A DNA stretch of 63,385 bases, counting the filler, from Licmophora abbreviata (taxonomy: Eukaryota), in the NCBI GenBank assembly GCA_900291995.1. It is 7 parts of 7 records of this genome, joined end to end, with 100 filler letters (N's around TTAATTAATTAA, not from the genome) between each part and the next. Parts side by side here need not be neighbours in the genome. Positions count along the whole stretch, not along the records: positions 20,264 to 39,343 come from OLMU01002983.1; positions 39,444 to 41,405 come from OLMU01002985.1; positions 41,506 to 44,263 come from OLMU01002987.1; positions 44,364 to 63,385 come from OLMU01002988.1; 3 more parts are not named here. One strand, 5' to 3'. Under the pieces are notes generated by a model. That model was not told the origin of the DNA. It was given only the letters and a program-made list of their open reading frames with translations, and did no database searches. The position numbers and the translations under genes were made by a program. The first letter of the stretch is position 1. Each line of letters begins with the position of its first letter. Shown here piece by piece: positions 33,601-44,513 of this stretch.

Positions 33601-36600
33601 CGTCGCGGGCTCCGCGCAGCCGCACCCAACTACCTAGGTCATTTCCGACCGGTCGCAAAACGACTCCCGAGGACGGCGAATCTAGCCCCACTCCTCCATC
33701 GGAACAGGAAACTACATTGTCGGCACGATTTGTGAAAGATTTAAAAGTCGAAATGAAAATCTTGCATAACTCCGTTATTGTCGACGTCCAGCTCCAAGAC
33801 ACTGAGAATCCACCGTATCGCGTAGAGAACAGGGCCGTCAATCATGTGTTATTCTACCGACAGCGTGGTTGCGATGGCCACAAGTGGAACAGTCTGAAAC
33901 CAGGAGAATCAAAAAATTACTCTTGGGAAGAGCCACTGCGGCCTAGGAAACTTACTGCTCGGGTTGGGCTCGTTGGAATCTTCTTTGACCCAAACAGTCA
34001 CGTGCATTCAAGAAATGCGCAGGTCGTCCGTTCGCGAGTTGATGAAGTAGCAAGATCAGCTGCTGAGAAGTTCAAGACTGAAGCTGAGAAGAAATCTGCA
34101 AGAGCAGCTCGTGCCCGGAAACTCTTTTCATTGGAATACGTTGAGAACGAAGAACAAGGTGGATTGGGACCATCTCGAAGCTTGAAGCTTGAAGAAATCG
34201 GTTTTAGCGAGGTCCTTCCGTTGCCCGCTTCGAGAAAGCGATCTCTAGAGCTTTCGTTCGATGAGTTTTTAACGTGCAAGGTCGATGCGGATGGTACAAC
34301 CAGGGTTCTTGTCGTATCTGATAGCTCTGGCGGCGACGAAGGAGCTGTCATGCAGAGCCACCTGGCGTTGCTGCGGCAGAGGATCGACGAGGAGCAAAAC
34401 CGTCAGCATCGGTTGTCGTCTCTCCGATCATTGATCAGAGAGGATCCTCCGTCAGCTGGGTTGCTTGCCAGTGTGAGCGAACAAACTGTGGCAGATGAGA
34501 CAATCACAGGGTATGGTCCATCTTCCATCTGCCAGGAGGGCGAAAGACCGGGCTTAATAGACCTTGGAGACACTGGAGATATGGAAAAGATCGAACAAAG
34601 AGCGCAGAGCTTAGTAGATTTTCCCGAGGAGGCAACAATCGTTCGTCGTCACCAGCTAGTTGTGGAGGTGCTCGAAGCTGCCAGCTTACGATCCCCCTAT
34701 GTTTCGGGCTTGTGCAACCCTTACTGTGAAATCGTTCTGAAGCAGAGATCGAGATCTCGTCGGGACGCTTTTTGGCGTCGAGTAGACAAGAGGAAGACCT
34801 ACTTCGTGGAAAAATCGATCTCGCCGAAATGGGCAGATCAAGCTTTTGTGTTTGATGTCCCGGCAGAAGCCACCCACGTAACTCGAGGGCATCTGTTGGA
34901 GATAAAGCTTCGAAGCTTTCGACTGCTTGGACAGCACGCTGCTCTCGGAAAAACGACAGTTCATCTGCGAAACCTCAGAAATCAGCAATCGCTTATTGGA
35001 TGGTATCCTCTTGTAGGTCGCACAGGCCGTCGTGATCTCGGGGGCGACCTTGACGACTCGGGACGCGGCTCACTTAAACTTCGTGTTCAGTGGATTTATA
35101 CCGCTCCCGCGCTCGTTGATTACTTCTTGATGTTGTCCGAAAATATTCTTTGCGACCTCCGTCAGAGTTTTGATGGCATGAAACTACAGTACAGCCATTT
35201 TGTCGAGACCGAGAGGAAAAGGAAAGAACATTTAGACGTTGTTAGCTCCGTACGCATCCCCGACATGTTGAACAGATTGAAGAGCACACACGAAAAACAT
35301 CTATGGAACGTCTATTTTGAGCCAGCAGATCGGAGAAAGGGAAAGCGCATGCGCGGCTCAATCATTCCGGTACAAATCCCGGTGAAGAGTGCCGCACCTC
35401 AAAGGACGTCACCAAGGTTTCCGGAAACGATTGGTGCGAACGAGAATGAGACTGTGGACATACACAGTGAGATGGGATCATCTGCTCCGTCGGCACGCCA
35501 CCGATATCGACTGGATTCAAACTTTGAGAATTTACTTCGTCGTCGCAGAATGCAGCGAACGCTGAGTTGGGATGCCACTGTTTCTGATCTTCCGGAAACT
35601 CCTCTCGGTCCTTCTGACCCTTCGCCCCTGGCACGTGAGTTCGTTGGGTTTACCCCAGAGAGTCAAGGGAGCGTTGTGTTTTTCACGCAAGTCCCACTTC
35701 CAAGCGACATGGATAGGCATGGTGTTATATCAAGTCTCTCGAGTCGTGGTCTCTTGTATGGTAGTACCGGTGACAGACATGCCCTCCTATTCAGGGGAAG
35801 GAGTTCTCCCTGGAAGAAGTTAAAGGAGATGAGACCAGTCGTGAATTTCCCAACTTGGGTTTCCGCCCAAACTATTTTGAACGACAAGGATTTCGACGTC
35901 GATGTGGAGGGCTCGCAGTTTGGGATCTCCCTTAGTCACGCAGGGTCCGAAGTTGAAGTGCGTTCGACGGCGATTTCGAAGCACCGTCGACAGCTATCCT
36001 CTGCAGTTCCGATTCTGCTCCCGTCTACAGCTCCCGAACGAATGATGGCTAGGGCATACGTTCGGGCAGAGAATCTCGCCCTGTCAAGAAAACATTTCGA
36101 ACGCGCTTGCACTCGCTCTTTGGGTGCAGTGCTGAATCCTGGGGGTTGGCTCACAATTCGGCCCGTAACAGCACTGAACCTACCAGATACGTACACTGGT
36201 ATGCATGTAAAGCTTCGCTACGGATCGGAGGTAGCGTCTAGTGAAACTGTGGACGCAAAGGTGACCCCAATCTGGTCTTCAACTAGTTCAAGCCCGCAAT
36301 CGCATCCTCTCAGCGCGGCTGAGCTTCCTCCTTTTGTCTCCCGTCAATCAAGCGTCAGAAACTTTGCCGGATCGCTTCGTTCTTCTCGAGAATGATATGC
36401 AGGTTTACGTCGAACCACAGAAAACGAGTGGCTCCTTGCGATTGTCTGTCGTCGGCGAACGCATGAATTCAAGAGTCGAGCTCGGAGTACTACATATCCC
36501 CATTGGTGCGGCTATTGGATGCTGCGTTGACATGATAGAAGAGAGCCTAGAATTTCCGGGACGAGGTCGTTCCGAACAGTCAGGAACTCCCATGTATGTC

Positions 36601-39343
36601 CGGTGGTTCCCGCTACGCAATCCAAAGGATTCAGTTCCTGTCGAAGGAGACATGGGCCTTGGCTCCCGCCCGGTAGAAAGTGAGAAGACCAAGGACAATC
36701 TCTTCCACCAGTATTTTATGCCTTGCATTAAGCTGGCTTTGATATGGCATCCCGCAGAATCTGAGATGTCGATTGACGAGCCTTCTGCTTCAAGCATCCT
36801 GGAACGCGGGGGAGGGGCCTCAGCAGTGTATTCACAACTTCTGTCGAGTACTCCTACAAAAGAAAGATCGCCAATCATACACCGTTACTTCAATGCCGAC
36901 CTCGGCAAACTTTCCGCATCGTTGATATCATCTCAAATGGCTCGGGAGCTGATAACAGTTAACTTGGCAGATGTAGATGTGAGATATTCTGTGACCAAGG
37001 CGAAAACACGTCTTGGGCTTGTCGTCGGTTCGATTCAGATCGATCACCAAGATGCAAATGCGTCTGAACCCGTTGTGCTGGCCCCTGCTGCTGTCGAGCA
37101 TCCGCAGCCAACTCTTAATATCCTGGCGGTTAAGGACAATCTACGGTCGAAGAGTAACATTGATTCATACGAATACGTTGGCATTTCGCTTCAGGAGATG
37201 GATCTTACCCTCGAACAGGCATGGATGCGTGATTTGTGGGACTTTTGCATAAGCGTTGTTCGAAGGTCTGAAGTGAAAAAGAAGACGCTAGAGGGAAGCC
37301 TCGACTATTTGACTCCCGGAGAGATGAGAAAAAGGAATTTCCCTCGGGGGAACCTTCTGCGAGAGGGGCACATGCCAGCCCCAAGCCTTCTCAATATGCT
37401 GATGAACGCCGATCCGATAGATCCCATGAGTCGGAAAGTTTACGTCGAGCAGTTGCATCTAGGATTCGTCAAAGTAAACATATCCTACTTCAAGGGAAAG
37501 AAAGATGTTTCGTTGGGGAAAAAAGCCTTTGAAGAAGACGTTACACTGGCCGCTGGGGGGCTAATCATCGGTCGGACCGGAGAATCGAGAGACATCAGCA
37601 GCGTTTTTGACGCATGGAGTGAACATTCGCACGACGAGGATTTTTGGAGGGAAGGTCAAGGTAAGCTTTTTCGGGCCGTCGCAGAAAAGGTATGTCGCGA
37701 TGAGCTACTACCCCAAAACTAACGTGCCTCTGGCCACACCGTTACTGCATAGAAACAAAAAATCTTCCCAGTGCCATCGCAGCAGTCTTCCCTTCGGTAT
37801 CAGACGCTCCCGTTCGCATAGGGGGGAAGTCTATCGAGCATGTTTTTGAGAGCCCCTCAGAGATTCTTGAGAGTATTCGGAATTATTACATGAATGAAAT
37901 CTTGAAGCAGATCTACAAGATTATCGGGTCGTTGGATTTCGTTGGAAATCCGACCATGCTGATCAATTCTTTCGCTAGTGGCGTACGGGACTTCTTCTAT
38001 TTCCCCTCCGTAGCCTTTCTGCGTGCTCCAACGGATCCGTCGCGGGTGGGCATCGGACTGGCGAAAGGAACACTTTCTCTTTTCTCCAACAGCTTCAGCG
38101 GACTGTTCGGATTCTTTTCCAAAGTATCAGCGAGTGCGGGTCAGGCGTCCGCGTTTCTATCGCTCGACCCAGAATTTGAACGCTGGCACCGCGAAACTGT
38201 GCTTGCGGAATCCAAGAACCTGAACAGAGAATGGAAAAGGCGCGGCGTGCAGAGTGCGATGTCAATCGTTGGTCGGCCCCTCTATGACATCTTTCGGGGG
38301 CTAGCTCTTGGGACTTCCGGTATTGTTGTATCCCCCTACAAATTTGTCAAGAAAGAAGGACCAAGGGGCCTCGCGAAAGGTACAGTGATAGGCCTAGCGG
38401 GTATTGTGACCAAGCCGCTGGCCGGGATCTTTGACTCTCTCGCGCACTTCACAGGCTCACTTCATCACGTTGCAAAAAGTGTCAATGTGGCGGAGAAGCG
38501 CTATCAACCCGCGAAGAAAGTGAGGCTTTCTCACACGTTCGGTCTCAAGTCAGTACTCTTACCTTTTGACCCAGTAAATGCAAGAAGCACACAACTGCTG
38601 AAGCTCCACCCGGCAAAGACAAAACACTCAAGAGGCTCGGCAAGTAGCAGAATGAAGTCGGAACAGGTCGAGTTGCATGTCGCTTCCGAGTTACTGAGCA
38701 TGGAACCTGGTGTCGACACATACGCTGTCGTAACAACACGTCGAATCGTTCTTTTCCGAGTCCGGAAGGACACCAATGGCTCTTTGGTTACATCGCTGTG
38801 CTGGGAAGTAAATCTTTCTTCAGAAAATATCATTTCTTCCAGGTTGCAGGACCAGGGCCACAACGGTGTGGGGCTTGTAATTTCATCTAGGGCCGCCCAG
38901 AATAGGTCTTGTGACGCAGAGCCGACTCTGTCGTCGAGGTCTACGGAATCACCGCTGGAGCCAAGTTCCCTTAGAACTCCGCAAAATGCCAATGTACGAT
39001 TCATGCATGAGCATCATGATTCACAATATTATGAGGCGGTCTCTCGATCGTCTTTGATGGCACTCGGAGACGAAGGCGGAGACCATGCGGACATTGAGCC
39101 GATGTTGACCCAAGCTTGGGAAGAATCGCTTACGAAGAAGCCAAACGTTGACGCCGACGAGGCTGAGCCTGCTTTGCATGGGTCAACCAAGGGAAGCCAG
39201 GGACATGATCTAGAATGGTTCCTGATACTTGCCGAGTTCCAACAGCGCAGACAGCTCTTACGGATTCACAATGCGGTGTGTTGCGTGACTGGCGATTTTA
39301 GATCGATGATGGACGAGCGGCGGTACGGACACGTCCAGGGAAA
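21685..39343 (+). CDS. VPS13: VPS13-family bridge-like lipid transfer protein (~5700 aa), 3' end cut by gap. Introns 25538-25606, 31461-31537, 31763-31844, 32508-32587, 37661-37752; frame breaks near 22430, 32357 and 36286-36390
   Basis: Chorein-N start (LKLGIWSGDLSISDVNLR..GTIGHMRFKIPWK), SWEPLLEP, VAB/SHR-BD-type motifs (PPLIVENLLP, YCPFWIVNTT, TKIVRFSPRFVLVNN, PPYRVEN, YSWEEP), IQIDHQ, and C-terminal KIIGSLDFVGNP..GVRDFFYFP and G..G..KG..GLAGIVTKP. Confidence 0.92.
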
Positions 39344-39443
39344 NNNNNNNNNNNNNNNNNNNNNNNNNNNNNNNNNNNNNNNNNNNNTTAATTAATTAAN
39401 NNNNNNNNNNNNNNNNNNNNNNNNNNNNNNNNNNNNNNNNNNN
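39344..39443. other. Artificial scaffold linker / assembly gap
   Basis: N44-TTAATTAATTAA-N44. Confidence 0.98.
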
Positions 39444-39911
39444 CTCGACACGGTCAAGGAACGAAGGGTCTTCAATGACGTTGTCGTGTGATTTGTGCCG
39501 CGAATGAAATCTTGTGCGTTTTGCGTTTTGGTTCCCGCCTGTTCCTCTTTGGGCGCGCGCAGTCGGAGTGGCCCGTGACGTGCTGGTTTTTATTTAGCTT
39601 TTTTCACGCTGGAGTAAGAAGTATCAGTGTCCGTTGAGGGATGTTTGTGAGTGAGCGAAACTGACGGCGCTGGGTGCAGTATCCAGCCGCGAATCCAGTG
39701 TGCATCTTTGATGTTGTCTGACTCTGGACACGAGGCACGAGGCACGAAGCAGTCGATGGTACTATAGTAGTACGATACATATTCAATACTCACTCGTATG
39801 ATAGCAGTGATTGTCTTGGTCTTGGCTACTCTCTCTCTAGAGTCTGCAGCTGCTACCCAGGTAGAGCTTGTGTCTCGGTCGTTTAGAAGGCACTTCGTAC
39901 ACCAATTGAAG

Positions 39912-40715
39912 ATGTCCAAACTGCACGCGCCGGCGACAGGTCGTAAGCGTAGGCAGGAAACCCTGCAGTCCTTCTTTGCTACCAGCAAGACGTCGACTAC
40001 GAAAAGAAAGACTGTTTCGCCACGAGGGGACGACCGGCGTGACTCTTCCCACTCCACCGTGTCGTCCGTGGCGTGCGAACTGGCGTCGAGACTGGATACT
40101 CGTCCGACCTACCTCACGCCCGACAAGGCTTCTTGGTACCTCCAAGTCAAGCGATGGCTTCCCTCCACTCCATCACAGTTCTCGGACGAGTGGGATCTGC
40201 ATCCCACGGAGCGTCATCCATTGAAGCTCTTCGGGAAAACTGTTTACGAGAATCGATGGTCGCAGGCCTGGGGAGTCTCGTATCCGTACAGCGGCAATAC
40301 GAATGACGCGCGTCCAATTAAAGACTCCACCCTACTCCCATTGCTCATTGACAAGGTGAATGGCCTATCGGAAGGGCTCTTTCATCAACCACTCGCACCG
40401 CTTCCCTACAATGGATGTCTCCAGAACTGGTACGAACCGAATCACACGATTGGACTGCATGCAGACGACGAAAAGAAGATGCGACACGATTTCCCCATTT
40501 TCAGTCTCTCGTGGGGAGGCACAAGGCGTTTCTTGCTTCGGTCACGCGCATCGAAGGAAACGATTGAGCTATGGCTTCAAGATGGGGATTTACTAGTCAT
40601 GGGCGGCACTTGTCAGCTCACGCATCGCCACGAAGTTCCAAAGCGGCGTGTCACCATGGATCCACCTACTCGCGATCGCATCAATTGGACGATCCGGGCC
40701 TTTGTGCCGTTATGA
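39912..40715 (+). CDS. AlkB-family 2OG-Fe(II) dioxygenase (ALKBH2/3-like) with N-terminal NLS and PIP box
   Basis: YPYSG, CLQNWY...IGLHADDE (HxD), IFSLSWGGTRRF, LQDGDLLVMGG..Q..HRHEVPK, RINWTIR. ATG 39912 preferred over 39798. Confidence 0.9.
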   Translation: MSKLHAPATGRKRRQETLQSFFATSKTSTTKRKTVSPRGDDRRDSSHSTVSSVACELASRLDTRPTYLTPDKASWYLQVKRWLPSTPSQFSDEWDLHPTERHPLKLFGKTVYENRWSQAWGVSYPYSGNTNDARPIKDSTLLPLLIDKVNGLSEGLFHQPLAPLPYNGCLQNWYEPNHTIGLHADDEKKMRHDFPIFSLSWGGTRRFLLRSRASKETIELWLQDGDLLVMGGTCQLTHRHEVPKRRVTMDPPTRDRINWTIRAFVPL

Positions 40716-41405
40716 GTACTGGTGGCAATCATTCTATGTCTCCGATCATTCGGGCTTACTCATACTATTTGGATGCTTGGGGACCAGCCAGCGGATGACT
40801 GAAAAAAAAACTTGTTCGGCGAACGGGAAACGAGAATCGGCCGAGACCCAGTCCGCATGGCATATATATACACATGCAAAATCGAGGACGCTTGTACAAA
40901 ATCGAGAGATCTGACAATGAATTCTCATCACACCAGTGCGGGATTGGGTCTCAGATGATCGACGAATAACGTCAAGTCATATCATCATGTGTTGCCTTCT
41001 ACCTGGTACTGTCACACTGTTTAATGGCTTTACCACGACGGTTCATCATTTGAGAGGGACATGGGCGGGGTCGGCGCCGTTGAAGAATTCGGCGACGATC
41101 ATGGTGAAAGATGTGTCGACTTGCAACCCTTTAAGCGTGTAAGCCCTGTTTACAGACCAATCGAGCAATGAGAAGCGCCGCCCGAAGCAGCTTCTTAATT
41201 CACGCGCATTGTCCGGCAGCGACGCCAAGGAACTCTAAACAGTGGTTCTCTAGCTAGGAGTTCATGGTGCTAAGTCAATTTGGATTAGCATCGATTTCCG
41301 TTCGTTTGCCTTGTCGTGTGTCATCAACCACAGCCTAAGCATTGACTACGAAACGTATCTGCCTGCTCTACCTGCCGCTTGGCAGCTGGTTCCAGAGCCA
41401 GTCAA

Positions 41406-41505
41406 NNNNNNNNNNNNNNNNNNNNNNNNNNNNNNNNNNNNNNNNNNNNTTAATTAATTAANNNNNNNNNNNNNNNNNNNNNNNNNNNNNNNNNNNNNNN
41501 NNNNN
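41406..41505. other. Artificial scaffold linker / assembly gap
   Basis: N44-TTAATTAATTAA-N44. Confidence 0.98.
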
Positions 41506-42375
41506 GACGGAAAGCTCAAACTGTGGGACTTGACGAAAGGTCGACTGGCCTTTGTTTCGAAGATTTCTCCCTCATCAATGTACAAAGGAAAGACGCGGTA
41601 CGATCCAGTTTGCAGTCTGGTCTGGTCTCAAGATGGAACCTCGTACGGCTTTGCTCATGGACAGCACATCACCGTACGCGATGTGGCAACCGGCAAGGAT
41701 TTGTTAGACGTGGATGTTCCCGGAAAAGTCAACCAGATCACAATTATGGATGGATCTCAGGGGACGTTCATCGCAGCGGCTTGCAATGATGGATCAATGC
41801 CTGTCTTGGCTGTACAGGACGTCGACGGACAAGACGACACTCGACGAGCAATTATGGCCATCGAACCGATCGACGATCCCGTTGCCGGGGAAGAACGATT
41901 CAAGTGCATTTGTGCTGTGAATGAGTACATTGTCGTGACAGCGAATAGTGCCGGCATTGTAAGTTTGATGAATCTGGAGGGCGCAACATTTATGCTAGTG
42001 TCGGACACCGTCACAGCGGACGAGGATACCACCGACGCGACCGAGATTGACTTCGACGACAGCAGCGGGGACGAAGATCTGGCTGTAGACATTATCGAGA
42101 GTGTACAACTTGGATCTGGTGCTCGAATTACGTGCCTCGCGACCTGGCGTCAGATCATGACCCATGAGCCGGAAGAAACCAAAGAAAATGAGGAAGAAAT
42201 TTTGGCTGGCGACGCAAGCGAGGAACCCGCCCAAAGGCCAGCGACAAAGCGAAAGTCCGACGATGTCACCTTAGATTCGGAAATGGTCAAGAAAGCTCGC
42301 ACGCTCGTCCGCCAGGCAAAGAAACTTAAGTTACGGAAAGACAAGAGAAAAAGAACGATTGAAAAGGGAGAATAA
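41506..42375 (+). CDS. WD40 protein, MAK11/PAK1IP1-like 60S biogenesis factor, 5' truncated by gap
   Basis: Frame open from the gap: DGKLKLWDLTKGRLAF, LVWSQDGTSY, ERFKCI, VVTANSAG, ARITCLA; Lys-rich nucleolar-type tail. Confidence 0.7.
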   Translation, partial: DGKLKLWDLTKGRLAFVSKISPSSMYKGKTRYDPVCSLVWSQDGTSYGFAHGQHITVRDVATGKDLLDVDVPGKVNQITIMDGSQGTFIAAACNDGSMPVLAVQDVDGQDDTRRAIMAIEPIDDPVAGEERFKCICAVNEYIVVTANSAGIVSLMNLEGATFMLVSDTVTADEDTTDATEIDFDDSSGDEDLAVDIIESVQLGSGARITCLATWRQIMTHEPEETKENEEEILAGDASEEPAQRPATKRKSDDVTLDSEMVKKARTLVRQAKKLKLRKDKRKRTIEKGE

Positions 42376-42454
42376 CATCTAATCTTTAATGGCTCAGCTG
42401 GTTTCATGATGTCACGCGGTTTCTGTATCATCAATCAAGGATATTGTCAGACCA

Positions 42455-43947
42455 TCAAGGGGCTGTTTTGATAGACTTCCACAATCCTCGAACACCGCCG
42501 ACTCCATGTCTCGACGAGCCGCTGCTCAAGGCTTTAGCTTGATCTGTAATCTCAATACACTCAGCGTCACTGTTGTCTTTCATGACAAACTCGATAAGCA
42601 TGAAGTCGATCAGCTCATGGAGTGGAACGTTAGCTGCCCCTGCAAACTGCACAAGGAAGGAAGCAAATTCTTTCTGATCGAGCATGTGGTCGTCGTTTTC
42701 GTCAAAGGAGGTCATGGCCGCGACACTCTCTTTCAGGGTGTCGTCGATCTGTTTGGAATCATGGTACTTGCGCAATCCGAGAGCAAGCTCCGCGAAGTCG
42801 ATGAATCCGGAATGATCAAGGTCCCAGAGACGAAACAAACGCGCCACGCGCTGTTGCTGGCGGGCTTGGTCGACGCTTGCCTGTGAACAAGCACCTCCCA
42901 CCGACTGCTTAGACATCAGCGTCGTGATATCATTGTCTTGGAAGACATGGGTCAATTCATCTCTGCTACTGGAGCTGACTGTGAGCGCGAGAGTCATAAT
43001 GTTGGCAATTTCGTGAAACGAAAGGCAACTTGCCGACTGTACGTTCAGCAGCAGCGACGAGAATTCAGGGTATTCAAACAGAATTGACGTGTCCTCCTGA
43101 CACATAAGGAGTGCTTGCCTCGGGATCTCGTCCATGAATTTAGCGACCTCTTTCAGACAACAAACGACAGTGGCAAGGCCCACCTTTCCAGTTCCTTGGA
43201 GGTCAAGCATTTGGAAAAGCATTACCATGCGACTGTAATCAGAGGAGTTTTGGATAAAAGAGTGAGTAACATGAGGGCAATGACTGAGAGACTGCTCGTG
43301 GTTGGTGGTTCACTATGCGCCTCTTTCACGTACACTTCCATAACTGCATCGTGCAGTTTTTCGGAATTGCTCATAGTTTCGGTCGAGTCTTGCACCAGCG
43401 CGACAACTGCCTCGTCGAGGACCGTCGTCCCGTGATTGGTGAATCCTACACGAAATGCAAGAAAATGAACCAGTGCACCGAAATCGCAGTCGAGATCATC
43501 CATAAGGGTGGCCAAGAACTCCCTAAACTCGTCGAGATTCATCTGTCCATCGTCATCGGCATCGTAAGCTGCAATGGAGATTGCGGCAGTCTGCAGGTTC
43601 TCTTTGTGCGACTTCTTGTCGTCAAGCTTGGCGAAAGCACGCGCCATTTCGATCGACGATACGGTCTCGCTTCCATCTTTGTCGAACAACTCAAAGAGAG
43701 TCAACAGCTTGTCTTCGTCGCTCATTTTCCAGAGAGAGTCTAGGAATGACGATTCCGATTGCAGTACGCTCCTGCGGAGCTTGTTGAGCTGGCCGCTCAG
43801 CACCACTGTCTCCTCAGGGTCGGCGGCGAACAACATTTTCTCGACCGACGCGGCTGCGACAGCAGCTGCGTGGTGCGTGATGTAGTGCCTAGTAGCTTCT
43901 GCCCTGAAGGAGTCTTCCATGGGCTTCATGCCTACCGTGTCCGACAT
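42455..43947 (-). CDS. Multi-EF-hand calcium-binding protein, paralogue A; exons 43947-43334, 43232-42455
   Basis: EF loops DKDGSETVSSIE, DADDDGQMNLDE, DLDHSGFIDFAE, DENDDHMLDQKE. Intron 43333-43233 (GTACGT..ACAG) joins DAVMEV|RMVMLF. Confidence 0.88.
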
Positions 43948-44263
43948 GGCGTTGGTCGACGACAGTAGCTCTGTGATCACCTCCCGCAGTTCCTTGTTGG
44001 TTTTTGTGACGAGAGGCAAGAAAAGTATGTTCTGTCTTCTCGAACATGCCGATTTCGCCATCAGGCACTTGGTCATATGACCCGCGACGAGGCACGATTG
44101 ATGTCTGGTGACTGTCTTGCCGCTTGATAAGCCCCGATCGTGCTAAAGACTAACGAGACAACTGGTACTAACAAGTTGGAGATAATTCTATTACTTCGTA
44201 TTATGTAGCTGCCATGACTGTTGGCCAGTAGACCCCCAAGTACACGTAGCAAACTAACATAGC

Positions 44264-44363
44264 NNNNNNNNNNNNNNNNNNNNNNNNNNNNNNNNNNNNN
44301 NNNNNNNTTAATTAATTAANNNNNNNNNNNNNNNNNNNNNNNNNNNNNNNNNNNNNNNNNNNN
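44264..44363. other. Artificial scaffold linker / assembly gap
   Basis: N44-TTAATTAATTAA-N44. Confidence 0.98.
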
Positions 44364-44513
44364 TACTCGTGCAGTTGCTGTAAGGACACACGACCTGCAC
44401 ATGGGGTTGTGTTCACACTAACTAGATCGATCGTCAGCACTGCCCCGCATCGAAGAAGTGGTGGAGCAGGTTACCACGAAACGATGAGCGAAGTATTTCT
44501 TCGTCCATCTTTC

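Noticed and set aside
39444..39490. Short open frame (LDTVKERRVFNDVVV*) after the gap, possibly the VPS13 C-terminus
   Set aside because: Too short, and the gap size is unknown, so it cannot be linked.
39729..39749. CACGAGG x3 short direct repeat upstream of AlkB
   Set aside because: Only 21 nt; could be chance slippage, with no support for function.
39798..39911. Signal-peptide-like N-terminal extension on the AlkB ORF
   Set aside because: The NLS and PIP box directly after Met 39912 argue for a nuclear protein; the extension is probably 5' UTR, although dual targeting cannot be excluded.
40716..41405. Short ORFs in the unassigned region before the gap
   Set aside because: No motif, splice pattern or repeat structure to support a gene, pseudogene or transposon.
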